From NCBI RefSeq assembly GCF_009914755.1, contig NC_060926.1: a stretch of DNA of 64,000 bases. One strand, 5' to 3'. This stretch comes from the human T2T-CHM13v2.0 reference genome, Homo sapiens. Below the pieces are notes generated by a model. That model searched no databases, was not told where the DNA came from, and saw only the letters and a list, made by a program, of their open reading frames with translations. Numbering within the stretch: the stretch's first letter is position 1; each line of letters starts with the position of its first letter. Positions 29,191-43,566 of this stretch are shown piece after piece. The translations under genes were made by a program, and so were the position numbers.

Positions 29191-31867
29191 ATCGAACAAT
29201 GAGAACACTTGGACACTGGAAGGGGATCATCATACACCGGGGCCTGTCATGGGGTGAGGGGAGGGTGGAGGGAGAGCGTTAGGAGATATACCTAATGTAA
29301 ATGACGCATTAATGGGTGCAGCACACTAACATGGCACATGTATACATATGTAACAAACCTGCATGTTGTGCACATGTACCATAGAACTTAAAGTATAATT
29401 TAAAAAAAAAGAAATCCTATTAATGAAACAGTAGATAAATATTTCCCCCTTGAGAAAGATTTAGACATCCAGATACAAGAGGCTCAAAGATTCATGAATA
29501 AATAAAATTCACAAAAGTCTTCTCAACAGCACATTATAGTTAAACTGTTAGAAGTCTAAGACAAAGGGTGAATTCTAACAACAGCAACAGGAAAAGGATC
29601 TAGTCACTTACAAAGAAATAACAGTGGATTTCTCAGCAGAAATCTTCAGGTCAAGGGAGAATGGGATGATATATTCAAAGTACAAATAGAAAAAAAAAAC
29701 TGTAAGCCAAGGAGACTATACACAGCAAAATTATTCTTCAGTTATGAAGAGGAATGAAGTCTTTCCCAGACAAGCAAAAGCTGAGGAAATTCATCACTGC
29801 TAGACTGATACTTCAAGAAATGCTTAAGGGAGTCCTATACTCAGAAGCAAAACAACAATGACTACCATCATGAAAACACAAAAGTTAAAAAGCATATAAC
29901 AGAACAAACACAAAAAAGGAAGAGAAAAAACTCAAATGTTACCATTACAGAATACCACAAAACTGCAAAAGTAAAAAATAAGAAAGAAACAAACAAATGA
30001 TATGCAGAACAATCAGAAATCAATTAATAAAATGACAAGAATAACCCGTCAATATATCAATAATAACCTTGAATGTAAACAAATTAATCTTTCCATTTAA
30101 AATACATAAACTAGCTGAATGGAATTTTTTAAAAAGCATGATTCAAGTATATCCTTCCTACAAGAAATTCTTCTTACCTCTAGACACATATAAACTGAAA
30201 ATAAAATGACGGGAAAAGATATTTCATGCAAACAGAAAACAAAAGTGAGGAGGAATGGCTATACCTATATCCAATGAAACATACAAAAACACAAAATTTC
30301 TTAACAAAACTAGCAAACCAAATTAAACAGCACATCAAAAAAAAAAATGCACCATGATCAAGTGAGATTTATCCCAGAAATGCAAAAATGTTTCAACATC
30401 TGAAAATCAATAAACATTGTATATCTCATCAACAGTATGAAGGACAAAAACAGTATGATCATCTCAATGGATGCAGAAAAAGCATTTGACAAAATTCAAC
30501 ATCCCTTCATGATCAAAGCTCTCAACTGGGGGTGGCTGGCAAGATGGCCAAATAGAAACAGCTCTAGTCTGCAGCTCCCAGCTAGATCAACACAGAAGGC
30601 GAGTGATTTCTGCATTTCTACTGAGGTACTCAGCTTATCTCACTGGGACTGGTTAGACAGTGGGTGCAGCCCACGGAGAGTGAGTCAAAGAAGGGTGGGG
30701 CATCACCTCACCCAGGAAGTGCAAGGGGTTGGGGAACTCCCTCCCCTAGCCAAGGGAAGCCGTGAATGACTGTGCCATGAGGAATGGTGCATTCCAGCCC
30801 AGATACTACGCTTTTCCCATGGCCTTTGCAACCCGTAGACCAGAAGATTCCCTTGGTTGCCTACACCACCAGGGTCCTGGGTTTCAACCACAAAACTGGG
30901 CAGCCATTTGGGCAGACACCAAGCTAGCTACAGGAGTTTTTTTTCATACCCCAGTGGCACCTGGAACACCAGTGAGACAGAACCATTCACTCCCCTGGAA
31001 AGAGGGCTGAAGCCAGGGAGCCAGGTGGTCTAGCTCAGTGAATCCAACCCACACAGAGCCCAGCAAGCTAAGATCCACTGGCTTGAAATTCTCGCTGCCA
31101 GCACAGAAGTCTGAAGTCAACCTGGGATGCTAGAGCTTAGTGGTGGGAGGGGCGTCTGCCATTACTGAGGCTTGAGTAGGCAGTTTTCCCCTCACAGTGT
31201 AAACAAAGCCGCTGGGAAGTTCAAACTGGGTGGAGCCCACCGCAGCTTGGCAAAGCCACTGTAGCCAGACTGCCTCTTTAGATTCCTCCTCTCTGGACAG
31301 GAGATCTCTGAAAGAAAGGCAGCAACCCCAGTCGGGGGCTTATAGATAAAACTCCCATCTCTCTGGGACAGAGCACCTGGGGGAAAGGGAGTCTGTGGGC
31401 ACCACTTCAGCAGACTTAAACGTTCCCTGCCTGCCAGCTCTGAAGAGAGCAGCAGATCAAGAGAGCACTCAAGCTCTGCTAAGGGACAGACTGCCTCCTC
31501 AAGTGGGTCCCTGACCCCCGTGTCTCCTGACGGGGACACACCTCTTGGCAGGAGTCGACAGACACCTCATACAGGAGAGCTCCAGCTGGCATCTGGCGGG
31601 TGCCCCTCTGGGACAAAGCTTCCAGAAAAAGAAACAGATAGCAATCTTTGCTGTTCTGCAGCCTCCACTGGTGATACCCAGGCAAACTGGTCTGGAGTGG
31701 ATCTCCAGAAAACTCCAGCAGACCTGCAGTAGAGAGGGCTGACTGTTACAAGGAAAACTAACAAACAGAAAGAAATAGCATCAACATGAACCAAAAGGAC
31801 ATCCACACAGAAACCCCATTCTGAAGGTCACCAATTTCAAACACCAAAGGTAGATAAATCCATGAAG

Positions 31868-32889
31868 ATGAGGAAAAGCCAGTGCAAAAAGGCTGAAAAT
31901 TCAAACAACTAGAATGTCTTCTCCTCCAAAGGGTCACAACTCCTCGCCAGCAAAGGAAAAAAACTGGAAGGAGAATGAGTTTGATGAATTGACAGAAGTA
32001 GTCTTCAGAATATGGGTAATAATAAACTCCTGTGAGCTAAATGAGCATGTTCTAACCCAATACAAGATAGCTAAGATCCTTGAAAAAGGTTAGAGGAATT
32101 GCTATCTAGAATAACCAGCTTAGAGAAGGACATAAATGACCTAATGGACCTTAATAACACAGCAGGAGAACTTCGTGAAGCATACACAAGTATCAATAGC
32201 CAAATTGATTAAGCAGAAGAAAGGATATCAGAGATTGAAGATCAACTTAGTGAAATAAAGTGTGAAGACAAGATCAGAGAAAAATGAATGAAAAGGAGCA
32301 AACAAAGCCTCCAAGAAATATGGGACTATGTGAAAAGACCTAACCTACATTTGACTGGTGTACCTGAAAGTGATGAGGAGAATGGAACCAAGTTGGAAAA
32401 CACGCTGCAGGATATTATCCAGGAGAACTTCCCCAACCTAGAAAGATGGGCCAAAATTCAAATTCAGGAAATACAGAGAACACTACAAAGATACTCCTCG
32501 AGAAGAGCAACCCCAAGACACATAATCATCAGATTCACCAAGGTTGAAATGAAGGAAAAAATGTTAAGGGCAACAAGAGAGAAAGGTCAGGTTACCCAAA
32601 AGGGAAGCCAATCAGACTAACAGTGGAGCTCTCTGCAGAAACCCTACAAGCCAGAAGAGAGTGGGGGCCAATATTCAACATTCTTAGAGAAAAGAATTTT
32701 AAACCCAGAATTTCATATCCAGCCAAACTAAGCTTCATAAGTGAAGGAGAATTAAAATAATTTACAGACAAGCAAATGCTGAGGGATTGTGTCACCACCA
32801 GGCCTGCCTTACAAGAGCTCCTGAAGGAAGCACTAAATATGGAAAGGAATAACTGGTACCAGTCACTGCACAAACATACCAAATTCTAA
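31868..32889 (+). pseudogene. L1PA7 ORF1p, disrupted
   Basis: ATG at 31868; fragment 'KQSLQEIWDYVKRPNLHLTGVPESDEENGTKLENTLQDIIQENFPNL'; multiple stops and frameshifts. Confidence 0.9.
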
Positions 32890-32952
32890 AGACCATTGAA
32901 ACTATGAAGAAACTGCATCAATTAATGGGCAAAATAACCAGCTAGCATCATA

Positions 32953-35900
32953 AAGACAGGATCAAATTCACACATAACAATATTAACCTTAAATGTCAAT
33001 GGGCTAAATGCCCCAATTAAACACACAGACTGGCAAATTGAATAAAGAGTTGAGACCCATTGGTGTGCTGTATTCAGGAGACCCATCTCACACACAAAGA
33101 CACATATTGCCTCAAAATAAACGGATGGAGGAATATTTTCCAAGCAAATGGAAAGGAAAAAAAGCAGGGCCTGCAATCCTAGTCTCTGATAAAACAGGCT
33201 TTAAACCAGCAAAGATCAAAAAAGACAAAGAAGGGCATTACATAATGGTAAAGTGATCAATGCAACAAGAAGAGCTAACTATCCTTAATATATAGGCACC
33301 CAATACAGGAGCACCTGGATTCATAAAGCAAGCTCTTGGAGACCTACAAAGAGACTTAGGCTCCCACACAATAATAGTGGGAGACTTTAACACCCCACTG
33401 TCAATATTAGACAGATGAACGAGACAGAAAATTAACAAGGATATTCAGGACTTGAATTCAGCTGTGGACCAAGCAGACCTAATAAACATCTACAGAACTC
33501 TCCACCGCAAATCAGCAGAATATACATTCTTCTCAGCACCACATCATACTTATTCTAAAATCAACCACATAATTGGAAGTAAAGCATTCCTCAGCAAATG
33601 CAAAAGAATGGAAACCATAACAAACAGTCTCCCAGACCACAGTGCAATCAAATTAGAACTCAGGATTAAGAAACTCACTCAAAACCACACAACTACATGG
33701 AAACTGAACAACCTGCTTCTGAATGACTACTGGGTCAATAACGAAATTAATGCAGAAATAAATGAGTTCTTTGAAACCAATGAGAACAAAGACACAATGT
33801 ACCAGAATCTCTGGGACACAGCTAAAGCAGTGTTTAGAGGAAAATTTATAGCACTAAATGTCCACAGGAGACAGCAGGAAAGATCTAAAATCAAAACCCT
33901 AACATCACAATTAAAAGAATGAGAGAAGCAAGAGCAAACAAATTCAAAAGCTATCAGAAGACAAGAAATAACTAAGATCAGAGCAGAACTGAAGATGATA
34001 GAGACAAAAAACCCTTCAAAAAAATCAATGAATCCAGGAGCTGGTGTTTTGAAAAGATCAACAAAATAAATAAACCACTAGCCAGACTAATAAAGAAGAA
34101 AAGAGAGAAAAATCAAATAGATACAATAGAAAATGATAAAGGGGATATCATCACTGATCCCACAGAAATACAAACTACCATCAGAGAATACTATAAACAT
34201 CTCTACATAAATAAACTAGAAAATCTAGAAGAAATGGATAAATTCCTGGACACATACACCCTGCCAAGATTAAACCAGGAAGAAGTTGAATCCCTGAATA
34301 GACCAATAACAAGTTCTGAAACTGAGGCAGTAATTAATAGCCTTAACCAAAAAAAGCCCAGGGCCAGATGGCTTCACAGCCAAATTCTACCAGAGGTACA
34401 AAGAGGAGCTGGTACCATTCCTTCTGAAATTATTCCAGTCAGTAGAAAAAGAGGCACTCCTCCCTAACTCCGTTTATAAGACCAGCATTATCCTGATACA
34501 AAAACCTGGCAGAGATACAACAAAAAAAAAAAGAAAATTTCAGGCCAATATTCTTGATGAACGTTGACGTGAAAATACTCCAGAAAATACTGGCAAATCG
34601 AATCCAGCAGCACAGCAAAAAGCTTATCCACCACAATCAAGACAGCTTCATCCCTGGAATGCAAGGCTGGTTCAACATACACAAATCAAAAAAAGTAATC
34701 TATTATATAAACAGAACCAATGATAAAAACCACATGATTATCTCAATAGATGCAGAAAAGGCCTTTGATAAAATTCAACACCCCTTCATGCTAAAAACTC
34801 TCAATAAACTGTGTATTGACGGAACGTATCTCAAAGTAATAAGAGCGATTTATGACAAACCCACAGCCAATATTATACTGAATGGGCAAAACCTGGAAGC
34901 ATTCCCTTTGAAAACTGGCACAAGACAGATATGCCCTCTCTCACCACTCCTATTCAACATAGTATTGGAATTTCTGGCCAGGGCAATCAGGCAAGAGAAA
35001 GAAATAAAGGGTATTCAAATAGGAAGAGAGAAAGGCAAATTGCCTCTGTTTGCAGATGACATGATTGTATATTTAGAAAACCCCATCGTCTCAGCCCCAA
35101 ATCTCCTTAAGTTGATAAGCAACTTCAGCAAAGTCTCAGGATACAAAATCAATGTGCAAAAATCACAAGCATTCTTATACATCAATAACAGACAAACAAA
35201 GAGCCAAATCATGAGTGAACTCCCATTCACAATTGCTACAAAGAGAATAAAATACCTAGGAATACAACTTACAGGGGATGTGAAGGACCTCTTCAAGGGG
35301 AACTACAAACCACTGCTCAAAGAAATAAGAGATGACACAAATGAAAAACATTTCATGCTCATGGATAGGAAGAATCAATATTGTGAAATGGCCATACTGC
35401 CCAAAGTAATTTATAGATTAAGTGCTATTTCCATCAAGCTACCATTGACTTTCTTCACAGAATTAGAAAAAAACTACTTTAAATTTTATATGAAACCAAA
35501 AAGAGCTTGTATAGCCAAGACAATCCTAAGCCAAAATAACAAAGCTGGAGGCATCACAATACCTGACTTCAAACTATACTACAAGACTACAGTAACCAAA
35601 ACAGCATGGTACTGTCCAAAACAGAGATATAGACCAATGGAACAGAACAGAGGCCTCAGAAATAATGCCACACATCTGCCAACATCCGATCTTTGATAAA
35701 CCTGGCAAAAACTAGCAATGGGGAAAGGATTCCCTATTTAACAAATGGTGTTGGGAAAACTGGCTAGCCATATGCAGAAAACTGAAACTGGATCCCTTCC
35801 TTACTCCTTATACAAAAATTAACTCGAGATGGATTGAAGACTTAAACATAAGACCTAAAACCATAAAAACCTTAGAAGAAAACCTAGGCAATACCATTCA

Positions 35901-37072
35901 GGACATATACATGGGCAAAGACTTCATGACTAAAACACCAAAAGCAACAGCAACAAAAGCCAAAATTGACAAATGGCATGCAATTAAACTAAAGAGCTTC
36001 TGCACAGCAAAGGAAACTATCATCAGAGTGAACAGGCAACCTACAGAATGGGAGAAAAGTTTTGCAATCTGTCCATCTGACAAAGGGCTAATATCCAGAA
36101 TCTACAAGGAACTTAAACAAATTTACAAGAAAAAAATCATACAACCCCATCACAAAGTGGGCAAAGGATATGAACAGGCACTTCTCAAAAGAAGACATTT
36201 GGGCTGGGCACGGTGGCTCATGCCTGTAATCCCCGTACTTTGGGAGGCCAAGGGGGGTGGATCGCGAAGTCAGGAGTCCAAGACAAGCCTGGCCAAGATA
36301 GCAAAACCCCATCTCTACTATAAATCAGAAAAAAAAAAAATTAGCTGGGCATGGTGGCAAGCACCTGTAATCCCAGCTATTCAAGAGGCTGAGGCAGAAA
36401 ATCACTTGAACCCAGGGAGCAGAGGTTGCAGTGAGCCGAGATCGAGCCACTGCACTCCAGCCTGGGCAACAAAGTGAGACTCTGTCTCAAAAAAAAAAAA
36501 AAAAGAAGACATTGATGTGACCAAAAAACATATGAAAAAAGGCTCATCATCACTGGTCATTAGAGAAATGCAAATGAAAACCACAATGATACCATCTCAT
36601 GCCAGTTAGAATGGCACTCATTAAAAAGTCAGGAAACAACAGATGCTGGAGAAATAGGAATGCTTTTACACTGTTGGTGGGAGTGTAAATTATTTCATCC
36701 ATTGTGGAAGACAATGTGGCTATTCCTCAAGGATCTAGAACCAGAAATACCATTTGACCCAGCAATCCCATTACTGGGTATATACCCAAAGTATTATAAA
36801 TCATTCTACTATAAAGACACATGCACACATATGTTTTATTGCAGCACTATTCACAATAACAAAGACTTGGAAGCAACCCAAATGATCATGGATGATAGAC
36901 TGGAAAAAGAAAATATGGCACATATACACCATGGAATACTATGCAGCCATAAAAAGGATGAGTTATGTCCTTTGCAGGGACATGGATGAAGCTGGAAAAC
37001 ATCATTCTCAGCAAACTAACACAGGAATAGAAAACCAACCACCACATGTTCTCACACCTAAGTGGGAGTTGA
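32953..37072 (+). pseudogene. L1PA7 ORF2p (APE endonuclease + reverse transcriptase), disrupted
   Basis: Start codon mutated (AAG at 32953). EN motifs '[16 protein letters not shown]' and '[10 protein letters not shown]'; RT motifs '[18 protein letters not shown]' and 'LFADDMIVY' in ORF 34554-35696. Several frameshifts and an Alu insertion. Confidence 0.9.
36202..36500 (+). mobile_element. AluS (Sg-like) inserted in L1PA7 ORF2
   Basis: Full dimeric Alu with poly(A); 13-bp TSD 'aaaagaagacatt' at 36187-36199 and 36501-36513. Confidence 0.95.
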
Positions 37073-39080
37073 ACAATGAGAACACATGGGCACGGGGAGG
37101 GGAACATCACACACTGTGACCTGTCATGGGGTTGGGGGATAGGGGAGGGATAGCATTAGAAGAAATACCTAATGCAGATGACAGATTGATGGGTGCAGCA
37201 AACCACCATTGCACATGTATACCTAGGTAACAAACCTGCACGTTCTGCACTTGTATCACAGAACTTAAAGTATTAAAAAATAAAAATAAAAATAAAGCTC
37301 TCAACAAACTAGGCCTAGAAAGAACATACCTCAACTTAATAAAGGTCATTTGTGGCAAACCCACAGCTAACATCATACTTAATGGGGGACAGCTGAAAAC
37401 CTTACCCCTAAGAACTACGACAAGACAAAGATATCACTTTCACCACTACAATACAACATAGTACTGGAAGTCCTAGCCAAAGAAATGGGGCAAGAGAAAG
37501 TAATAAAGGGCATCCACATTGGAAAATAAGTCAAATTGTCTCTCTTTGTTGATGCTATGATTTTATATCTGGAAAAAACTAAAGTCATCAGCAATAACAA
37601 AAAAAAAAACCTCTTAGATCTGATAAATACATCTAGTAAAGTTGCAACATAGAAATCAACATACAAAAATGAGTAATGTTCCTATACACCGATAATGAAG
37701 TACCTGAGAAAGAAATCAATAAGGCAATCACATTTACAATTGCTACAAAAATTAAAATATGTAGGAATAACGTAAACCAAGGAGGTGAAACATCTCTACA
37801 AGAAAAACAACAAAATATTGATGAAAGAAATGGAATATAACACAAACAAAAAGACACTCTATGTTCATGACTGGAAGACTTTATATTATTAAAGTGACCA
37901 TACTGCCCAAAACAATCAACAAATTCAATATAAATCTTAGCAAAATACCAATGTCATTTTTCACAGACATTTTTAAATCCTAAAATTTGCATGGAACCAA
38001 AAGAGAGCCTGAATAGCAAAAATAATTCTGAGAAAGAGGAACAAAGCTACAGGTGTCACATTACCTGACTTCAAAAGTACATTAAAAGGCTATAGTAACC
38101 CAAACAGCATGGTTTTGTTATTAAGAAAAATAAAAGAAACATAGATCAATGTAACAGAATAGAGAATCCAAAAATCAATTCATGCATATACACTGAGGAA
38201 AGGCATACTCTTCAATAAATGGTACTAGGGAAGCTTGATATCCACATGCAGAAGAATGAAACTAGGACTCTATTTCTCACTATATGTAAAAGTGAAGTCA
38301 AGATGGATAAAAGACTTACGTGTTCAACCTGAAACTATGAAATTAATACAAGAAAACATAGGGAAAACATTTGAGGACATTAACCTAGGAAAAGACTTTA
38401 TAGCTAAGACCTCATAAAGCACAGACAACTAAAACAAAAATAGACAAATGGGACTACAGTACTCTAAAAACTTCTGCAAAGCAAAGGAACAGAGTAAAGA
38501 GACAACCTGTTGAATGGGAGAAAATATTTGCCCACTATTCATCTAGTAAGGAATTAATATCTGGAATATATAAGAAATTTAAACAGTAGCCTAAAGCCAA
38601 ATGATCACATTCAAAAGTGGGCAAGGACAAGAATATTTCTCAAAAGAATTTTTCAAAAGAAGGCATAAAATGGCCAGCAGGCATATGAGATAATGCTCAA
38701 TATCATTAATCATCGGGCAAGCCCAAATCAAAACAACAATTAGATATCATCTTATCTCAGTTAGAATGGCTATTATTAAAAAGACAAAAAATGAAAATCT
38801 TGGCAAGGATGTGGAGAAAAGGCAACTCTTATACATTGTGGGTAGGAATGTAAATTAGTACAGCCTCTATAGAAAACAGTATGGGAATTTCTCAAAACAC
38901 TAAAAATAGGACTACCATATTATCTAGCAATTTCACTATATTCCTTTATCCAAAGGAAAATAAATTAGTCTATCAAAGGGATACCAGCATTCACATGATT
39001 ATTGCAGCCCGATTTACAAAAGCAAAGATTTATAATCAACCTGAGTATTCATCCATAGATGAATGGATAAAGAAAATGTA

Positions 39081-39444
<364 letters not shown>

Positions 39445-39914
39445 TCATATCGCTTGCAGCAACATGGATGGAAACAAGAGGTCAGTATGTTAAGAGAAAT
39501 CAGCTAGACACAGGAAGACAAATTTTGTATGATCTCACTTATTTGAGGGAGGTAAAAAAGAAAAACAATCTCATGGAGGTAGAAAATAGATACTAGAGGC
39601 TGGGAAGAGTTTGTGGGTGGGAGGAGGAATGAAGAGAAGTTGATCAATGGGTACAAACATGTATTTCAATATAAAGTATAAGGTCTAATAGTCAATGGCA
39701 GAGCAGGGTAATTATAATTAGTAACAATGTATTATAAGCTAAAAGTAGCTAGAAGACAGAACAAATAGAAATGACAAATATTCAAGGTGATGAATACCCC
39801 AAAGACCCTGACTTGATCATTACACATTCTATACAAGCATAAAATATCACATGTACCCTATAAGTATGTGAAATATTATGTATCGGTAAAACAGTAACTT
39901 AATAAAAATTAAGC

Positions 39915-40470
39915 AAAAATCTTAAACATTTCCCAGAAAAATATTTACAAATGGCCAATAAAAATGAAAAAAAGTGTTCAATGTTATTAATATTTAGGAA
40001 AACATAAATGAAAACCACAATATTGGATTACTACTCAGCAATACATACAAATGACTCCTGAACATAGAATATATGTTGCTATGTATGTGTATTGTATGTA
40101 TGTATCCATTTATGTTCGTATGTATACATTTATATGTACATATACAGTGTATGTATATGTGAATGCATCTCAAAACAATCTTGGGCAAATGAAACAGGAT
40201 ACATAAGAAAATCTATTATATGGTTCTTTCTAGCTGAAGTCCAAGAATAGGCAAAAGTCATCTGTGGTGATAAGTACAGATAGTGATCACTTCTTCAGGG
40301 CTGGGAAAGAATGACTAGAAAGGAGGATAAGGGAACTTTTGGGAATGACAGAAATATTTTATGTCTTGCTTGTAATAATGCTTATACACATTAACAAACT
40401 GAACCAGTACTCAACAAATTGAACACTTAACATATGTGCATTTTATTGTATAAGAAATATGCCTTAGTTC
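39915..40470 (+). mobile_element. L1ME-like 3' fragments
   Basis: 'atatttacaaatggccaataaaaatgaaaaa..tgttcaa' and 'aagaataggcaaaagtcatctgtggtgata...atgtgcattttattgta'. Confidence 0.7.
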
Positions 40471-40669
40471 AGAAAAAAGAAAAAAAAGACTCTTTTCCAT
40501 TTATTTATTAAAATATTTTTGGGGAAAGTTACTATAATTTCATACTTCATCCAAAATTTTTGACTTGTAGTAATGAATGCAATTTATTTCCTCCCATCTG
40601 GGATCTTACAGTTCATTATTTTTTCTTTCCATGACAAAAGGAAAGGATATAATACCTGGAGTGCTCTTT

Positions 40670-41295
40670 CAGCTCTTTAGCTGGTAAGGGACAAAGCTTT
40701 ATTCAAATCACCTCAAGTAATAAGATTATATTGTGAACATGCACATTGACCTAATCTTGAGAAAACCCAGAAACAGTGGTAGGTTGGACTTCTGGAATTT
40801 GGAACAGGTCAAAAATTAAAGAACTCAAAGCATGTTTGGGAGCTAGTTAGCCTACCCCTGCTTCAACAGAAGAACAATGTCAATCTCTCTTTGTTATCAA
40901 TTCCTCCACTTCTGATCTAGCCACCACCAATCCAGCTATCTCACATTCTAATGCTCTATATCTTTTGTCTTCCACTTACACATATTTACTCCCTCATAGC
41001 CTCTGCTTACTTGTTACTTCAGCTTACTCAACTCTATTATTGCTAACAAAATAATTCCCCCTTTCTCCCTATCTATTCAGCAAAATGTTTCCAGATAGAA
41101 TATGTGAGCTGGCCTAAATAATCCTCATCTGTGTTTTGACTATCTAGTAACAGAACATTCATGCAAAATTACCTCCCAGGCCATTCTACCAGACAGCCTA
41201 TAGACTAGCTGCACTGAGGCAATTGTCCTTCCTTGAGTGAACCAGCTGTGACATAAAAACACAGTAAGGTGATGCCATCGGAGCAAGATATGGGT
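40670..41295 (-). mobile_element. Old MaLR LTR (MLT1N/M-like)
   Basis: 'tttagctggtaagggacaaagctttattcaaa' start and 'cctatagactagctgc...ccagctgtga...agcaagatatgg' end. Confidence 0.5.
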
Positions 41296-42123
41296 TAAGA
41301 AACTAAATTTAGATTTTCCCTCAACATGAGGCTAATCATAACCAGATAAATCTCCTTTAGATGGTGCAATAATTGGTAAAAAATGTGATTGCCTGTCTTG
41401 CATGTTGTTTCTCCCAAATAATACAAAAATAACTGAACTCTATGATAGTTTTTTGGGGGGTAAGAGTTTGGGGGGAACTAGCAGAAAGGTACTACTCCCT
41501 GAAGTTGATACTTAATTTGCATTAAATAACCTAAAACAAAAAATTGACAAAATTTATATCAAGGTTTTAGATGTTTTAAATAGAACACATTTACATGTGA
41601 CATTTGAACCAAAAAATGCGATTTATCCATAATCACAAAATAAGATAAGGTAATCTGCTGCATAATTATCATTATTCAAACAAGTTATCATTTTAGAAAC
41701 TTACAAGTTAAGACTCCAAAAATCCATTTTAAAAATGATCAAGTAAAAGAATATCCTATTTTTCTTACTTGATTTGTTTTTAATACTTGTTTCTGTCTTT
41801 CCTAACTGTCTAGTTAGTAATTCTCTTCAAATGCTATTTTCTTTCTCCAATGTCTACAGCACCAGGAATTCTTTATTGTTTTGCAACCAAAATGTCCAAC
41901 CAGTCAACATCACAGACTCCACTGTTCCACCTATCAGTAGGAGTGAAGCATCCTACTGCCTGTCAACGGAGGAGTCTTCAACTTACCCCGTGGATTTTTC
42001 CTTCTTTTCACCCACTGCATTAGTAAGAACTTTGCTTCTCCATTATAGCTCCTAAATCATAGATTCTCCCTCCTTTCAATTCTATCTGAATCAGCATACA
42101 AACATGCTAAATCCTATCTTTTA

Positions 42124-42215
42124 AAAAGAAGGAGGGAAGGAAGGAAAGAAGAAAGGAAGAAAAGAAAAGGAGGGGAGGAAAGAAGAGATAGGATGGAGAA
42201 GGGAAGGAAGGAAAA
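42124..42215. repeat. GA-rich low-complexity tract ((GGAA)n-like)
   Basis: Direct reading. Confidence 0.9.
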
Positions 42216-42221
42216 CAATTT

Positions 42222-42460
42222 TCTTTCTAGTCTACTTCCCTTTGGGCTGTCTCTTTCATCTCAAAATTTATTGAAATAATGATACATATTTACCTTCTCC
42301 ACATCCTCTACTCTAATCTCAATCTAATCCAACCATACTATCTTTCTAGCCTACTTCCCTTTGGACTGTCTCTTTCATCTCAAAATTTATTGAAATAATG
42401 GTATATATTTACCTTCTCCACATCCTTCTACTCTAATCTCGATCTAATCCAAACATACTA
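42222..42460. repeat. Tandem duplication, 2 x ~120 bp
   Basis: 42222-42340 and 42341-42460 align with about 6 substitutions and one 1-bp indel. Confidence 0.95.
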
Positions 42461-43081
42461 TCATTCTCACAGCATCACTAAAACTGCTCTTGTTAAAGTA
42501 ACCACATTTTAAAATCCAATGGTCCAGTCTCTATTCTTATCTAATTTAAACCCTTATCAGTACTTGATAAGTAGTCTCTCTACCTTTCTGAAAATATTTT
42601 CTTTTCTTGGTCTCAGTGTTTCTACATTCTTAGTCTTCTTTCTGTTTCACTGATGGCCATTTTGTGGTATCATTTGCTGGATTTTCCTACTTGGCTTAAC
42701 TTCTAAATTTTGAAGACCTGAAAACTCAGTCTTGTATCTCTTTCTCTTTTGTATCGTCCACCTCGGTGACCTCATCCAGTCCCACAGTTCTAAATTCCAA
42801 CTGCAAGGCTCTGTCTGTATCTTTCTAAACTCAAAACTCATTATCTAACTACTTAGTTCATTCTGCTTCTTGAACGGCAGAACAAATTTTGTATGGTAAG
42901 TAACTAAAACACATTTTTTAGTTTTTTCTTGCCCAAATTGCTCTTTCCTGAGCTTTCTACACTCTGGCAAGATGACCACCATCTGCCCAGCTTTTCAAGC
43001 CAAATACGTAAGTTCATGTTCTTCTCTTGCTAAATATGAGAATTCTCTAATGAATTCCCATTACTCCAAGAATTGAGTTGG

Positions 43082-43566
43082 TGAAGCAGGTTCAACGTGC
43101 ACTGGTTACTTATCTGAGTTTGCTGAGAAATAACACTTATACACATAAGTTACAAGAAGAGGGTTTTTTCACTTGCAGATAGGCAGCAAGGGACAAGAGC
43201 ACCATAGAATTAATTGCTGGATGGTCCTCAAAGTCTCAGGAAAGCTTCTCCAGGGTGGATGGAGTCTCAACTGCTTGTTCCCCACTTGCATCACAGCTGA
43301 GGGACCCTGGAAAGCAGCCTGCCCTGGATTTTATACTCTGGTGTCACAAGACTCACTGCACTAAAGCACTGCAGGACATCCTGTTGTTACAAGGGACTGC
43401 AACAGAGCCTAGGCTATTACAGTCAATCCTCCTTTATCTCAGAAATTTGCATTCCCATCAAATTCTAAAGTTTTTAGTTTTTTGTTTTGTTTTGTTTTTG
43501 ATAATTACAAGTAAGAAAGGAGGGAGGACTTGGTTGGTCCAAGGTTAACCAGAGAACTGTTTGGCA
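43082..43566 (-). mobile_element. ERVL-class solo LTR (MER70-like)
   Basis: TG...CA termini ('tgaagcaggttca...' / '...gaactgtttggca') and a reverse TATA box 'ttttatac' at ~43329; inserted in L2. Confidence 0.65.

Larger units (their letters stand above)
30527..37293 (+). mobile_element. Full-length L1PA7-like LINE-1 (contains an AluS)
   Basis: 5' 'gggggtggctggcaagatggcc'; 3' 'gcagcaaaccacc...gttctgcacttgtatcacagaacttaaagta' + A-rich tail. Perfect 12-bp TSD 'aaagctctcaac' at 30515-30526 and 37294-37305. Confidence 0.95.
41900..43015 (+). mobile_element. L2 LINE fragment (continues at ~43590-43710 and ~44050-44135)
   Basis: 'atcagcatacaaacatgct', 'aaactgctcttgttaaagtaacc...aaatccaatggtc' and 'ggtgacctcatccagtcccacag'. 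Confidence 0.75.

Noticed and set aside
34554-35696. 380-aa reverse-transcriptase ORF as an active RT system
   Set aside because: It is an ordinary L1PA7 ORF2 fragment. The ORF2 start codon is mutated, flanking frameshifts and stops are present, and the ORF drifts out of the native frame near its end.
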